Positions 37,336 through 47,837 of a DNA stretch of 64,000 bases are shown one piece after another (the first letter of the stretch is position 1; every line of letters starts with the position of its first letter). The notes below the pieces were generated by a model that saw nothing but the letters and a program-made list of their open reading frames with translations, was not told the origin of the DNA and did not search any database. Origin of the DNA: an uncultured delta proteobacterium (GTDB lineage: Bacteria; Desulfobacterota; Desulfobacteria; Desulfobacterales; JAHEIW01). Position numbers and translations under genes: made by a program. The DNA is taken from assembly GCA_963706575.1 (NCBI GenBank), contig CAVPNL010000018.1:143732-207731 (forward strand), given 5' to 3'.

Positions 37336-38307
37336 TCAAACTATCTTCTGGTGCCAATTCCAGGCGGTGCCGATGATGTCATCCAGATCCGCATATTGCG
37401 GTTTCCAGCCCAGCTCTTTGACGGCTTTTTCATTGGATGCGATCAGCACCGGCGGGTCCCCCGGTCGGCGATCCGTATTTTCAGCGACAATTTCTTTTCC
37501 GGTTATCTTCTTTGCATGCTCGATGACCTCGAGCACCGAAAACCCCCGACCGTTTCCAAGGTTGTAAACATTACTGTCGACTCCGTCCATCAATTGTTCA
37601 AGCGCCAGGAGATGGGCCTGGGCCAGATCGGTCACATGAATGTAATCCCGAACACAGGTGCCGTCCGGTGTCTGATAATCCGTACCGAACACTTTGATGG
37701 CCGGGCGTTTTTTGGCGGCCGCATCGAGCACCAGCGGAATTAAATGGGTCTCGGGGTCATGATCCTCACCGACTTCGGCATCCGGGTCTGCCCCCGCGGC
37801 ATTAAAATAACGCAGGCTCATATAATTCAGGCCGTAAGCGGCATGATAGTCTGCCAGGATTTCTTCGATCATGCGTTTGGTCCTGCCGTAAGGATTGATC
37901 GGGTTTTGCGGATGGTCTTCGTCAATGGGTATTTTTTCGGGATTGCCGTAAGTTGCACAGGTAGAGGAAAACACAATGGCGTTTACGTCATTTTCCATGG
38001 CGGTGTGCAGCAGTTGCATTGTGTTGCGGAGGTTATTTTCATAGTACTTTAAGGGGTTCTCCACCGATTCCCCGACATAGGCGTATGCCGCAAAGTGCAT
38101 GATCGCATCGATTTTATGCCGGCTGAAGCATTTTTTTAAATGTGCCGGGTTGCCCGAATCGCCTTTAAAGAACTCGCCCCACCTGACAAAGTTTTTATGC
38201 CCGTAAACCAGATTGTCGATGGTTATGGGGTGAAACCCCTTTTTGGAAATCGCTTTGCAGCAGTGAGAACCAATATAACCGGCCCCGCCGGTTACTAAAA
38301 TGTTCAT
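37336..38307 (-). CDS. galE: UDP-glucose 4-epimerase
   Basis: TGGAGYIGSH, FSSTCATYG, YGRTK, LRYFNAAGA. Confidence 0.95.
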   Translation of the reverse strand: MNILVTGGAGYIGSHCCKAISKKGFHPITIDNLVYGHKNFVRWGEFFKGDSGNPAHLKKCFSRHKIDAIMHFAAYAYVGESVENPLKYYENNLRNTMQLLHTAMENDVNAIVFSSTCATYGNPEKIPIDEDHPQNPINPYGRTKRMIEEILADYHAAYGLNYMSLRYFNAAGADPDAEVGEDHDPETHLIPLVLDAAAKKRPAIKVFGTDYQTPDGTCVRDYIHVTDLAQAHLLALEQLMDGVDSNVYNLGNGRGFSVLEVIEHAKKITGKEIVAENTDRRPGDPPVLIASNEKAVKELGWKPQYADLDDIIGTAWNWHQKIV

Positions 38308-38593
38308 AGCAGTGTCTCTACTCTGATGTCATTTATTGAATTTGTGAATTAATAATCCGCAGATTACGCAGATTAACGCAGATTTAAAAAATTAATATTA
38401 AAAAATGCTCAATAAAAATACTACAGTGACAGCAATAGTTACGAATAGGCAAAAACCTGTGGGTAAATCTCTTTAAGTTTATTTGAATTATTAATAATCT
38501 GCGTTAATCTGCGTAATCTGCGGATGAATTTAACTTTTGAACCTCTCTGCGATCTCTGCGTCTCTGCGGTGAATAAACTTCAACAGTTACTTG

Positions 38594-40309
38594 CTATATA
38601 AAACCTTTTTTCTGCAACACGAGTATGATCTGGCGGGCGGCCTCATCCGGTGTCATATTGGTGGTATCGATACGCACCTCACAATTTTCGGGCATTTCGT
38701 AAGGATCGTCGACGCCCGTGTAACCTTTGATCAAACCGGCCCTGGCCTTGGCATACATGCCTTTGCGATCCCGTTTTTCACACTCTTCAATGGGTGTGGA
38801 TACATGTACCTCGATAAAGCCCCCATAGCCTTCGATGGTTTTACGTATTTCCCGGCGGGTGAACGCATAGGGAGCAATCGGAGCGCAAACGGCAATTCCG
38901 CGGTTTTTGGTAATCTCGCTGGCAACAAAACCGATGCGCTGGACGTTAATATCCCGGTGCTCTTTTGAAAAGGTCAGTTCACTGGACAGGTTATGCCGCA
39001 CGATGTCGCCGTCCAGCAGGGTAACGGGACGATCCCCCATTTCCAGGAAGCGCGCATAGAGCACTTTGGCAATGGTGGATTTTCCGGCACCCGAAAGGCC
39101 GGTCAGAAAAACGGTAAATCCCTGTTTGCGCGGCGGCGGATAAGCCTTTTGAAGTTCTTCGACAACTTCGGGAAAGGTGGCCCAGTCCGGTATTTTGCGG
39201 CCGGTGCGGATGCGCTCTCGAATATCCGAGCCGGAGAGAGAAATAAACTGCGTGCCCTCCGGCACCTGATCGGCACAGCGGAATTCATCTTCAAACGGCA
39301 GATAGACCATCTCCGTAAAAGGCAGAATCGTCAAACCGACCTCATTGCTATATTCCTCTGTCAGTTTGCAGGCATCATCACTTTTATAATACGGATTGCC
39401 GTTGCAATCCAGACCCGGACCGGCATGATCACGGCCGGTGATAAAATGAGTGCAGCCATAATTTTTGGCAATGATGGCATGCAGCAGGGCTTCCCGCGGA
39501 CCGGACATGCGCGTCGCCAGCGGTAACAGGTTCAGCATGAACGTATCCGGGGGATAGTGCTCTGCAACCCGCCGATAACATCGCACCCGGGTGAAGTGAT
39601 CAAAATCGCCGGGCTTGGTCATACCGGCGATCGGAAGCAGTAAAAGATTGGCATTGGCATCGCGCATGGCATTCATGGTCATTTCAAACTGGGGGCGGTG
39701 AATCGGGTTGCGGGTCATAAATACCGCCATGCGCGTCCAGCCGAATTTTTTGAAATTCGAACGAATTTCAGCCGGGGTCATGCGCAGCTGCTTAAAATCC
39801 GAATGCAGCGGAGGGCTTAAGACTTCCAGATTGCCGCCGATGTAGTAATTGCCGGAACCGTTATATAAGTAAGCGGTCCCGGGGTGGGATTGATCGAGGG
39901 TGCCGTATACCAGCTGCGCTTCTTTCTTGCGCTCGATCGGCCAGATATCTTCAATGTGCATAACTGCAAGCAGATAGCCTTCCGGATCCCGCAGAGCGAC
40001 CGATTGACCGGCTTCAAGGCTGCGAGCCTTAAGTTCATCCACATCCAGGCAAATTGGAATCGGCCACAGAATATCGTTCTGAAGCCGCATGCGATCTAAA
40101 ACCGATTCGTAATCGGAGCGGGTCATAAAGCCTTTTAGCGGCGAAAAGGCGCCGGTCGCCATCAATTCCAGATCGCACATTTGCCGTTCGTTTAAGGTAA
40201 TATCCGGCAAATTGAGGGCGATCTCCTTGAGCAGACGGGCGCGCTCTTCATCCACCAGCAGATCAACCAGTTCACTGCCGTGAGGCTTTACCCGGTTATT
40301 GGTATTCAT
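38594..40309 (-). CDS. Bifunctional sulfate adenylyltransferase / adenylylsulfate kinase
   Basis: Sat domain (GAFSPLKGFM, TRNPIH, GPREA, GRDHAGPG) fused to CysC (GLSGAGKST, LLDGD, YTGVDDPYE); GGAGG RBS before ATG 40309. Confidence 0.92.
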   Translation of the reverse strand: MNTNNRVKPHGSELVDLLVDEERARLLKEIALNLPDITLNERQMCDLELMATGAFSPLKGFMTRSDYESVLDRMRLQNDILWPIPICLDVDELKARSLEAGQSVALRDPEGYLLAVMHIEDIWPIERKKEAQLVYGTLDQSHPGTAYLYNGSGNYYIGGNLEVLSPPLHSDFKQLRMTPAEIRSNFKKFGWTRMAVFMTRNPIHRPQFEMTMNAMRDANANLLLLPIAGMTKPGDFDHFTRVRCYRRVAEHYPPDTFMLNLLPLATRMSGPREALLHAIIAKNYGCTHFITGRDHAGPGLDCNGNPYYKSDDACKLTEEYSNEVGLTILPFTEMVYLPFEDEFRCADQVPEGTQFISLSGSDIRERIRTGRKIPDWATFPEVVEELQKAYPPPRKQGFTVFLTGLSGAGKSTIAKVLYARFLEMGDRPVTLLDGDIVRHNLSSELTFSKEHRDINVQRIGFVASEITKNRGIAVCAPIAPYAFTRREIRKTIEGYGGFIEVHVSTPIEECEKRDRKGMYAKARAGLIKGYTGVDDPYEMPENCEVRIDTTNMTPDEAARQIILVLQKKGFI

Positions 40310-41206
40310 TCTTAAGACCTCCAAATTAATTCAGATTCGACTTTTGGACGCGCTTATATAGGACTAAATTCATCATCAGGGCAAGTATTGAAATCTCTTT
40401 GACCCTAATTTAGACTAATTAATAAGTATAACAAAAATCTTGTAATAAATACACCGTTTCTGGTTTTAGTTAGTGGCCAGAAGCCAGAAACCTGCGCTCG
40501 GTTTCATTTGTTCAATTTGTCTAATTGGTTCAATTAGTTCTTTTAATCAACCGATGCAACCTGTTCAACAAATTTAACCAATAAAACCAATGAAACTAAT
40601 TTAACAAATCAAATTGCTGAACCTTGAGCTTTTGAACCTCTGAACTCTGAACCGGGAAACTTTGGTAAAAAAGTTTTCCTAGATATATGGCAAAATGCAA
40701 TGGGTCGGAGTCAAAAATTTTCCGAGTAACTATAACGTAATTCCGATCCCGATTCCGTAATTAAAATAAGCAAAGATTTGCAGGGCGGCTATAGTCAATA
40801 ATGACTGTATTTTACTCCCCGGCTGTGCGTTGGACCGCGTCGGATAAAGAATGGTGTTGCGTAACCGGTTAACGCAAGTCCTTAATTGGAGGCAACTGGC
40901 TGAAATTGACTAGCTTAATTAAATCTGCAATACCGGCTGAATTCATTCTATTGCGAATAAAAGAGATTCAGTCCATAGAATGTGAGTTAGCTACGTGTTT
41001 TAAATCATACAGACTAGTTATACAAAATTATAATTTAGATCTATATGTATAGTAAAAGATTTCGAATAGAGAATTCATTTAAAAAATTTTTTCAAATTTT
41101 TTCAAAACACATTTTCGCCTAATCCCCTAAAATTTAAAAGCATTTTAATTCTCCTCAAATCTTCTTCTGACCTGCTGGATCTCAGCGCAACTTTTACATT
41201 CAAGGT

Positions 41207-41222
41207 TGGCATCTGTTTTGCT
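41207..41222 (+). promoter_or_regulatory. Sigma54 -24/-12 promoter
   Basis: TTGGCATCTGTTTTGCT, near-perfect consensus just upstream of the riboswitch. Confidence 0.8.
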
Positions 41223-41265
41223 GTATATAACGCGGTTGCAATAGCAACCGAAGAGCAATCTGTAA

Positions 41266-41354
41266 AGCTCGAAAAGGCAAACCACCTGAAAGGGTGGGAC
41301 GCAAAGCCACTGGCCTTAAACCGGGGGGATGGAAAGGCAGCAGGGCTGCCGGGC
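41266..41354 (+). ncRNA. c-di-GMP-I (GEMM) riboswitch
   Basis: GGCAAACCACCTGAAAGGGTGGGACGCAAAGCCACTGGCCT...GGCAGCAGGGCTGCCG; G at the position equivalent to Vc2 G20. Confidence 0.93.
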
Positions 41355-41453
41355 GGGAACCCGTCGTCGCAAGAAGCTTTGACGCGGCGATGGGCAGCAC
41401 TTCAGTTGGGTGCATCTCGGTCGGTTTTGGATGAATCTCAACGGAGGTGTGCA

Positions 41454-43362
41454 GTGAAAGGGTTGCGAATCAATATAAATAAAATTTTAAGGTATTTTGG
41501 GTATTGTTCTCGTCAGTCAATATCTTCAACCGACTGGCTCAAGGCCCAAGGCGCAAGGCTCAAGGAAAAATCCCTTCCTAAAATCCAATCTGCAGTAAAG
41601 AACACCTGTAAATCAAACCGTGGGCCGTGGGCCGTACGCCGTGTGCCGTTTATATTTTTAGCATGCTTTTTAAGCTATGGCGGCTTTCACCACAGCCGCG
41701 TATGCGGCGGCATCTGTCGAACTGCAATGGGACGCAAATACGGAACCCGAGCTGGCCGGCTATAAGATTTACTGGGGCACATCCAGCGGTAATTATATTT
41801 CCAGCAAGGATGTGGGTAAAACGACCAGCTACACCCTCACGGGACTAGAAGAGGGCAAGACCTATTATTTTGCCGCCACCGCTTATGACGGCAGCAATAA
41901 TGAAAGCGGTTATTCCAATCAAATATCCTATACGGTGCCGTATAGCGACACAGACGGCGACGGCGTTCCGGATTATCAGGATGCCTTCCCTTCAAACCCG
42001 GCCGAGACCATTGATACTGACGGCGACGGCATCGGCAACAATGCCGATACAGATGACGACGGCGACGAAATGCCGGATGCCTGGGAAAACCAATACGGCT
42101 TTAATCCGCTAATCGATGACGCCTCCGAGGACGAAGACGGCGACGGCCTCAGCAACCTGGATGAATACCGTGCGGGTACCGATCCGGTAGCTTCCCAGGA
42201 CAACCTCGAACCGGATGCCCCCGGCCTTTCATCCCCGGCCAATCAGCAGGTAGTGGAGCTGACCCCTGTGCTTAAAACCGGTGCGTTCTTCGATCCCAAT
42301 TCCGGTGATTTCCACTCCGCCACTCAGTGGCGGATTCACCGGCAATCCGACAGTGTCTGCGTCTTCGATATTACCAGTGAATATTCTCTGATCCAGCTGA
42401 ATGTTCCCAAGCTGATTTTGGATGATGACGAAGACTATAGTTGGCAGGCCAGGCATTATGACAATCACGGTACACCATCTCCATGGTCTGCGAACAGGTC
42501 TTTTAGCACCCAGGTCGATCCCGACGATACCAACAGCAATGGAATACCTGATGAGCAGGAGGTAACAACACCTACAGATCTGGACGGAGACGGTAACTGG
42601 GATTCAGATCAAAATACAATTAAATGTGTCGTAACCGGCGAAAACCAATCCCTGGGCATCAGTTTTAACGGCTCAAGCACGGTTGTCGGAATCGAATCCA
42701 TCTCTGCCGAGAACGAAAACGGCACCAATACCTATGCCAGCGCGGCCAGCACCCCGAACTATTTCCCGTTTGGATTGATCAATTTTAAATTAATCATGGC
42801 TCAGCCCGGTGATCAGGCTGAAATCACCATCTATTTTTCCGAGCCGGCGCCGCAGGACGGTCGCTGGTTTAAATACGATCCCATCGAGGCCACCTGGACC
42901 GACTACAGCTCCCAGACCGATTTCAGCCAGGACCGGTACTCGATAACCCTGTACCTTGAAGATGGCGCAGATGGAGATGCCGACGGTATTGCAAACGGAA
43001 TCATCGTCGATCCGTCCGGTGTCGGGTTTCGGCCTCCTCGATACGGTTCCAGTTCCAGCGCTTCCGAAGCAGTTGTCCGATGTGTCGCTGCCACCTGTTT
43101 TATCTCCACCGCGTCTTCCCCGAGTGGGGATGGGCAAAAACAGGCCAGCCCTGTCTGGAAGGTAATCCACGGCCGGGAGCTGGCGTTTATGCTGGTGCTG
43201 TTGGTGGTGTTTAAGGGATTTACGATTGTGTTGAGGCGGGCCAAACAGCGGTGGGAAGAAATCCAGCGCCGCTACGAGATGTATCATCAGCACGCCACCC
43301 GTTTCACCGCAACGGGTCTCGTCAGTCCTAAAAAGGTGAAAAGGATTAAAAATCCTTTATAG
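41454..43362 (+). CDS. Secreted FN3 + Ca-binding (TSP3-like) repeat + choice-of-anchor-U-like protein with CFI tail; probable frameshift near 41672 (intact ORF from 41677)
   Basis: GGAGG + GTG at 41454, signal peptide split over two frames; LQWDAN..GYKIY FN3; DTDGDG repeats; PFGLINFKL..DG..GD.DG.ANG.IVDPSG; CFISTA + TM + RR. Confidence 0.8.
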
Positions 43363-43600
43363 TTTTATTGGTTTGATTTGTTTAATTGGTTGAATTGGTT
43401 TTAGGCGACAACAGAAGGCTTTAAATTAACCGCGAGACCCGCGCAGACGCTCGCAGACTTTTTAATCGCGCGACCTGGGAAATTAAAAGGGCGGTTAATA
43501 AAGAAACTCATAGTAATCCTGTAAATCCTGTCTAAGAAATAAAAAGCATAAGTTTTATGGTACAAAACTGAAAGCCAAAGCAAAGAGAATTGAAGAAGGA

Positions 43601-43635
43601 GAAAGGCGGTTCGAAGATGAGCCGCCTTTTTTATT
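43601..43635 (+). terminator. Intrinsic terminator
   Basis: AAGGCGGTTC-gaagat-GAGCCGCCTT followed by a T-run. Confidence 0.7.
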
Positions 43636-43663
43636 TGACAAAAATTGATATTCTAACTATGGT
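43635..43663 (+). promoter_or_regulatory. Sigma70-type promoter of the TA operon
   Basis: TTGACA-N17-TATGGT. Confidence 0.6.
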
Positions 43664-43696
43664 ATTCATAATTTATCATACTAATCAGGAGTATAA

Positions 43697-43954
43697 ATGA
43701 TGAGTACACAAAAAGTGGCAATTACAGTACCTGCCGAATTAGTTGCAATAATTGATGATATCAGCAGGCAGAAAGGGATATCTCGCAGCAAGCTTATATC
43801 AAACATTCTTAAGGAAAAAATATTAAATGAAAAAGAAAAAGAAATTAAGACGGCATACAATCGAGTCTTTTCGGATGCCTTAATTTTAAAAGAGCAAATT
43901 GATACCGCCTCATGGTTTGAAGGAACCGGAAGCAAAAAGGGGCAGGAATGGTAA
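43697..43954 (+). CDS. Ribbon-helix-helix antitoxin (MazE/CopG-like)
   Basis: KVAITVP..L...ID......GISRS; overlaps the toxin start. Confidence 0.85.
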   Translation: MMSTQKVAITVPAELVAIIDDISRQKGISRSKLISNILKEKILNEKEKEIKTAYNRVFSDALILKEQIDTASWFEGTGSKKGQEW

Positions 43955-44295
43955 TTCGCAAAGGATCCATTTACTGGGTTGATTTTTCGCCGGGTAAAGG
44001 CTCAGAGCCCACTGGCCGCAGGCCGGGCCTGGTGATTCAAAACGATATATTAAATGACAGCAATCTCAATACTGTCATCATGCTGGCAATAACCTCGACC
44101 ATGAAATTCGGCGAACTGCCAGGAAATGTTGTCTTACGAAAGGGCGAAGCGAATATCCCCAAGAAGTGTGTAATTAATGTTACTCAAATCAAATCAGTGG
44201 ATAAGCAAAGCATCAGGGAAAAGATTGGAACATTATCCAAAAAAAGAATGGGCGAGGTCCAAGAAGGTTTGAAGCTTGTAATGAATCTTTCATAA
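43948..44295 (+). CDS. mazF: PemK/MazF family endoribonuclease toxin
   Basis: GSIYWVDF.P.KGSE..GRRP.LVIQND, ITS, Q+KSVDK. Confidence 0.92.
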   Translation: MVIRKGSIYWVDFSPGKGSEPTGRRPGLVIQNDILNDSNLNTVIMLAITSTMKFGELPGNVVLRKGEANIPKKCVINVTQIKSVDKQSIREKIGTLSKKRMGEVQEGLKLVMNLS

Positions 44296-44309
44296 TTATA
44301 GAAGCTATC

Positions 44310-45512
44310 TCAAAAGCGACCTCTGCGTCTCGAGCGACCATAGGCAGCGCGTGTGAGATAGAATATAACCCCCAACAAAAGCACAATAAATCCTATTGCC
44401 TCGGTAAACCTAAAATCCGCACCCCCGGCGGTGGTATTTATAAAACAAGTAGCGTAGACGACCGTACCGGATCCGTGGTGGGGTGGTTTTTCCTCTTCTT
44501 CCGTTGTTCCTCCAACTACCGCCTGAACCCCGGAAAAGTGGTACACCTGCACTTCGATCAGGGCCGGTCGGCTATCCGTGTGATCGATCCTGGAGCCGGG
44601 CACCATCCACCCTTCCCCACCGGCAAGAACATTGCCGTCGGCATCCACAGCCGACAGCCACTGAGCACCGTCATGATATGCCAGGCCCACTGAAAAAATA
44701 TCCGCCTCTTCCGGGACCGGGATAAACAACTTGACCGGGGTATCAAACACTGTGTGCGGTGCCAGGCTAAGGGGCATGCCAACGGTCTCAGAGCCCTCTA
44801 TGTTGACTTTTTCAATTCCATTATAGGGCCCGAATTGCGGTGTCAGCGGCTCATTGCTGTTATATAAGATTTTGGCGCCCGCGAGCTCCCCTTCCACCAG
44901 CTCAATACCGGCGTCCAGGCTACCGCCGGAATCCGTATCGACCCCGTAAAAGTCTCTGGTTTCGGGCTGGTTCTGGCCGGAGGCGGCCCGACTGGCAGCC
45001 GTTTCTGTTTTAAATTCAAATGGCGCCGGCTTCAGGATATTGCCGGCCACGTCCCTGATCGCTACCTTTATATATATGGGTGAATTTTGCGGATAATGGG
45101 CGGGCATATACGGTTCCAGAGACCTATCATATACCGCCCAAAGGAAAGTGGCCCTGGCATCGGGGTCGTCATCGAGTTTAACCACTCGAAAAGTATCAAA
45201 TCTTACATTGCGCCCATACGGCAGATGGAAACCGTCAGCAATGGTAAACCGGATGGCATCAGGCGCAGTAAGATCGATGCCGTGATCTGACCGAATCAGG
45301 ACGGCAAAGGAAGTATCATAGGGTACATGTGCATAATCGATAATTCCGGCATCCTCCTGGGGGATGCAATCTCGAATCTCAATGGGCGTGGGATATACTT
45401 TAGTTGCGGCACCCGCCGGCTGGATGGATGATAGGGTCAGAGGTAAAATACACAAGAGCCCTGTTAGCAGAAAATAAAATTTCGATGACTTTCTCAAAAC
45501 CCTAAAAATCAT
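44310..45512 (-). CDS. Secreted protein made of the domain shared with the S8 peptidase C-terminus, plus CFI tail
   Basis: Signal peptide; TSFAVL..FTI.DG..VYDRS..GAKI.Y..PQFGP..TPVKL.IP..GGEGWMVP.SR.DH..VYHFSG; CFINTT + TM + basic. Confidence 0.85.
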   Translation of the reverse strand: MIFRVLRKSSKFYFLLTGLLCILPLTLSSIQPAGAATKVYPTPIEIRDCIPQEDAGIIDYAHVPYDTSFAVLIRSDHGIDLTAPDAIRFTIADGFHLPYGRNVRFDTFRVVKLDDDPDARATFLWAVYDRSLEPYMPAHYPQNSPIYIKVAIRDVAGNILKPAPFEFKTETAASRAASGQNQPETRDFYGVDTDSGGSLDAGIELVEGELAGAKILYNSNEPLTPQFGPYNGIEKVNIEGSETVGMPLSLAPHTVFDTPVKLFIPVPEEADIFSVGLAYHDGAQWLSAVDADGNVLAGGEGWMVPGSRIDHTDSRPALIEVQVYHFSGVQAVVGGTTEEEEKPPHHGSGTVVYATCFINTTAGGADFRFTEAIGFIVLLLGVIFYLTRAAYGRSRRRGRF

Positions 45513-45889
45513 CCCGCCCCCCTGACAGTTGTCGATTCAGTATCTTCTTACATCACAACATAATCTCAAGTAAAGCATATTCACGATTTGGCTATATGTG
45601 TAGTTACATGGTTCAGGGTTAAGGGGTTCAAGGTAAAAAAAGGACTGAGTGCCGAGGTCTGAGGACTGAGTAAAACAATTTACCTGACGCCATATGCTCA
45701 ATTATTTGAAATAATAAAGCGCAATGGAAAAAATAATTAGCCACGGACACACACAAACAGACAGGGACAACGCTCACCGTAAGACAAAGAAATATTTTTA
45801 TCTGTGTGAGTCCGTGTGGGTCTGTGGCCAATAAAAAAAGGTTGGTGTGACTCCGTGTGGGCCGGTTGCTAAAACAAATTCTGCTTTGT

Positions 45890-46162
45890 TTACAGGGTCA
45901 ATTTAAGCTTATTTTTCCCGATAAAGATTAAGTTTTTCAACCGCATATCAAAAAATCCGTAATATTTCAGGAAAACATCCTTTCCAAAAGAATGAATGAC
46001 TTCCAGATCGTCCGTATCGATAAAAATTTGATAGCATCGTGAACGGTATTTTTTCAATGTATGGATCAATTCATGGGCGGAGCTCCCATCAAAATCACCG
46101 TATAGTTTCAAATGCAGACTGTCGCCGGTTTTATGCTTAAAAAGTTTGAAATTGGATGCCAT
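45890..46162 (-). CDS. Small STAS-like hypothetical protein
   Basis: LHLKLYGDFDGSSAHEL..IFID...L..IHSFG pattern resembles STAS. Confidence 0.65.
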   Translation of the reverse strand: MASNFKLFKHKTGDSLHLKLYGDFDGSSAHELIHTLKKYRSRCYQIFIDTDDLEVIHSFGKDVFLKYYGFFDMRLKNLIFIGKNKLKLTL

Positions 46163-46482
46163 TTGAGACCACCTTTGCCTGTTGATTATCAATATTTTTC
46201 AATAACAACGGTTAGGGTCGGCTCGATTCTCTGGCCTAAATTCGAGTCAGCATCATTGCCAGCGTATACCTGTGGCACAAAGAAAAAAGCAAATTTGTGG
46301 CGGGATGGGTATAAGAAAAACTCGGTTGTTGAATGTAATTCCCCGGGAAAAATTTGGCCTGTCTGCCGGTATCCAAACAGACATACCCCCAAGCTATGAT
46401 GACGCAAATTTCATGACTGACAAAAATAAACCTTTGAACGCGGAACGGAGAACCCTGAACCCTTTAAGTCTGAACCCTGTTT

Positions 46483-46757
46483 TTATTCCATCTCCGCCGT
46501 CACCCACTTCAGCCTTTCCTCATAGGCTTCTATACTCGCCAGATACTCCATTTTCTTGAGCCGGTACTGACGTTCCAGACGCATTAGCCTTCGCGTCGTA
46601 TTGAAAAGACGATCTTCGAGGTTGTTCGCTTCAGCTCGAATTTTTGAGGGACTCCACATCTCTTTTAGGGATACCATAAATCGCAGCCTTTCAAATTCCA
46701 AAACAGTTGAATCGCAAAAATAAAAATTTCGTCTTCTAATTCATCCTCATAAGTCAT
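46483..46757 (-). CDS. Small helical hypothetical protein, frameshifted at a T-run near 46702
   Basis: MTYEDELEDEIFIFAIQLF joins LEFERLRFMVSLKE... if one T is added. Confidence 0.5.
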
Positions 46758-47460
46758 CTTAACTACTAATATAGATATCAGCAAAAATCGTGCACACTTT
46801 AACATTTTTCAAAAAAAATATTTAAACATATGATTACAGATACTTATAAGCTATTCCGCATTTAAGGGAGTGTCAAAAAATATGAAAACAGGTGCAGAAT
46901 ATTGGGTAATTGATTTCACACCTTAGACTTTGCGTAAAAGCGCAAAGTCTAAGGTTCAGAGGTTCAAAGTTCAAGGTTAAAAGATATGTGAGGACCTGTC
47001 CTCGGCAATTGCCCAGTTCCGAGAGGCAGTCAAATGTCAGAAGGCCTGCTTTATTTTGCAATCAGCCTCTGACCTCAAACATGGCATTTTTCCGATCATT
47101 TATTTGGCCGTCATTGATTAAAATAATGAACCAATGAAACTAATCAAACCAATAATCCATATAGATTCTTTGACCTTTTAATTCCGCAATCCGAAATCCA
47201 CAATCCGCAATCGATTGACCTTGTACCTTATACCAGGATAATAAATCCGTATAGAATCCTACACCCTCTGTACACAAAAGCATACACTTTTAATTAAAAT
47301 CCAGTTTAATAGAGCCTTAAAAAAATGTATTATCGCGATAAAGTCCACACCACCACTCCATAAAATATTATGGACAAAACCATTGTATTTATTAAGGATT
47401 TATTAACAAAGAAAATTTGACTTTTTTTACATATGAAAAAAAGGATACCAAATTTTCTTT

Positions 47461-47476
47461 TGGTATCCCTTTTGCT
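47461..47476 (+). promoter_or_regulatory. Putative sigma54 promoter overlapped by an inverted repeat
   Basis: TTGGTATCCCTTTTGCT; GGATACCAAA-N5-TTTGGTATCC palindrome. Confidence 0.65.
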
Positions 47477-47486
47477 CTTATACTAA

Positions 47487-47592
47487 GGACAAGCTAAGCG
47501 AATCCCATAACCCCCTTGTGGGCCTGTCGCGTCCGCTTCCTTCCTCTTGGCCTGGCGGGCGGGTTTCAGCTCGTAACCCGCCCGCCATTTTC
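47487..47592 (+). ncRNA. Candidate ~105-nt sRNA
   Basis: Bounded by the sigma54 motif and a 13-bp hairpin + T4; no ORF; CU-rich CTTCCTTCCTCT before the hairpin. Confidence 0.45.
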
Positions 47593-47837
47593 TCTAAAGA
47601 GGATTTTTTTTGCAAAAATGATGACTGGAGAAAAGCAGATTGCTGAACCGGATTTCAGCGGACAAACGCAATTCATTTTAATTAGACGGAATCTATGGGA
47701 TTATGCGGATTTATCTGCTGAATGTAAGTCAAGACAATATATTGAAATAATTAAAAAAAATCTTGCAATCTTTCCAGTCAGTATGGAAATGAGTGATTTT
47801 TATTGGGTTAAGATCGAGCATTGGGGAGAACGTGTAT

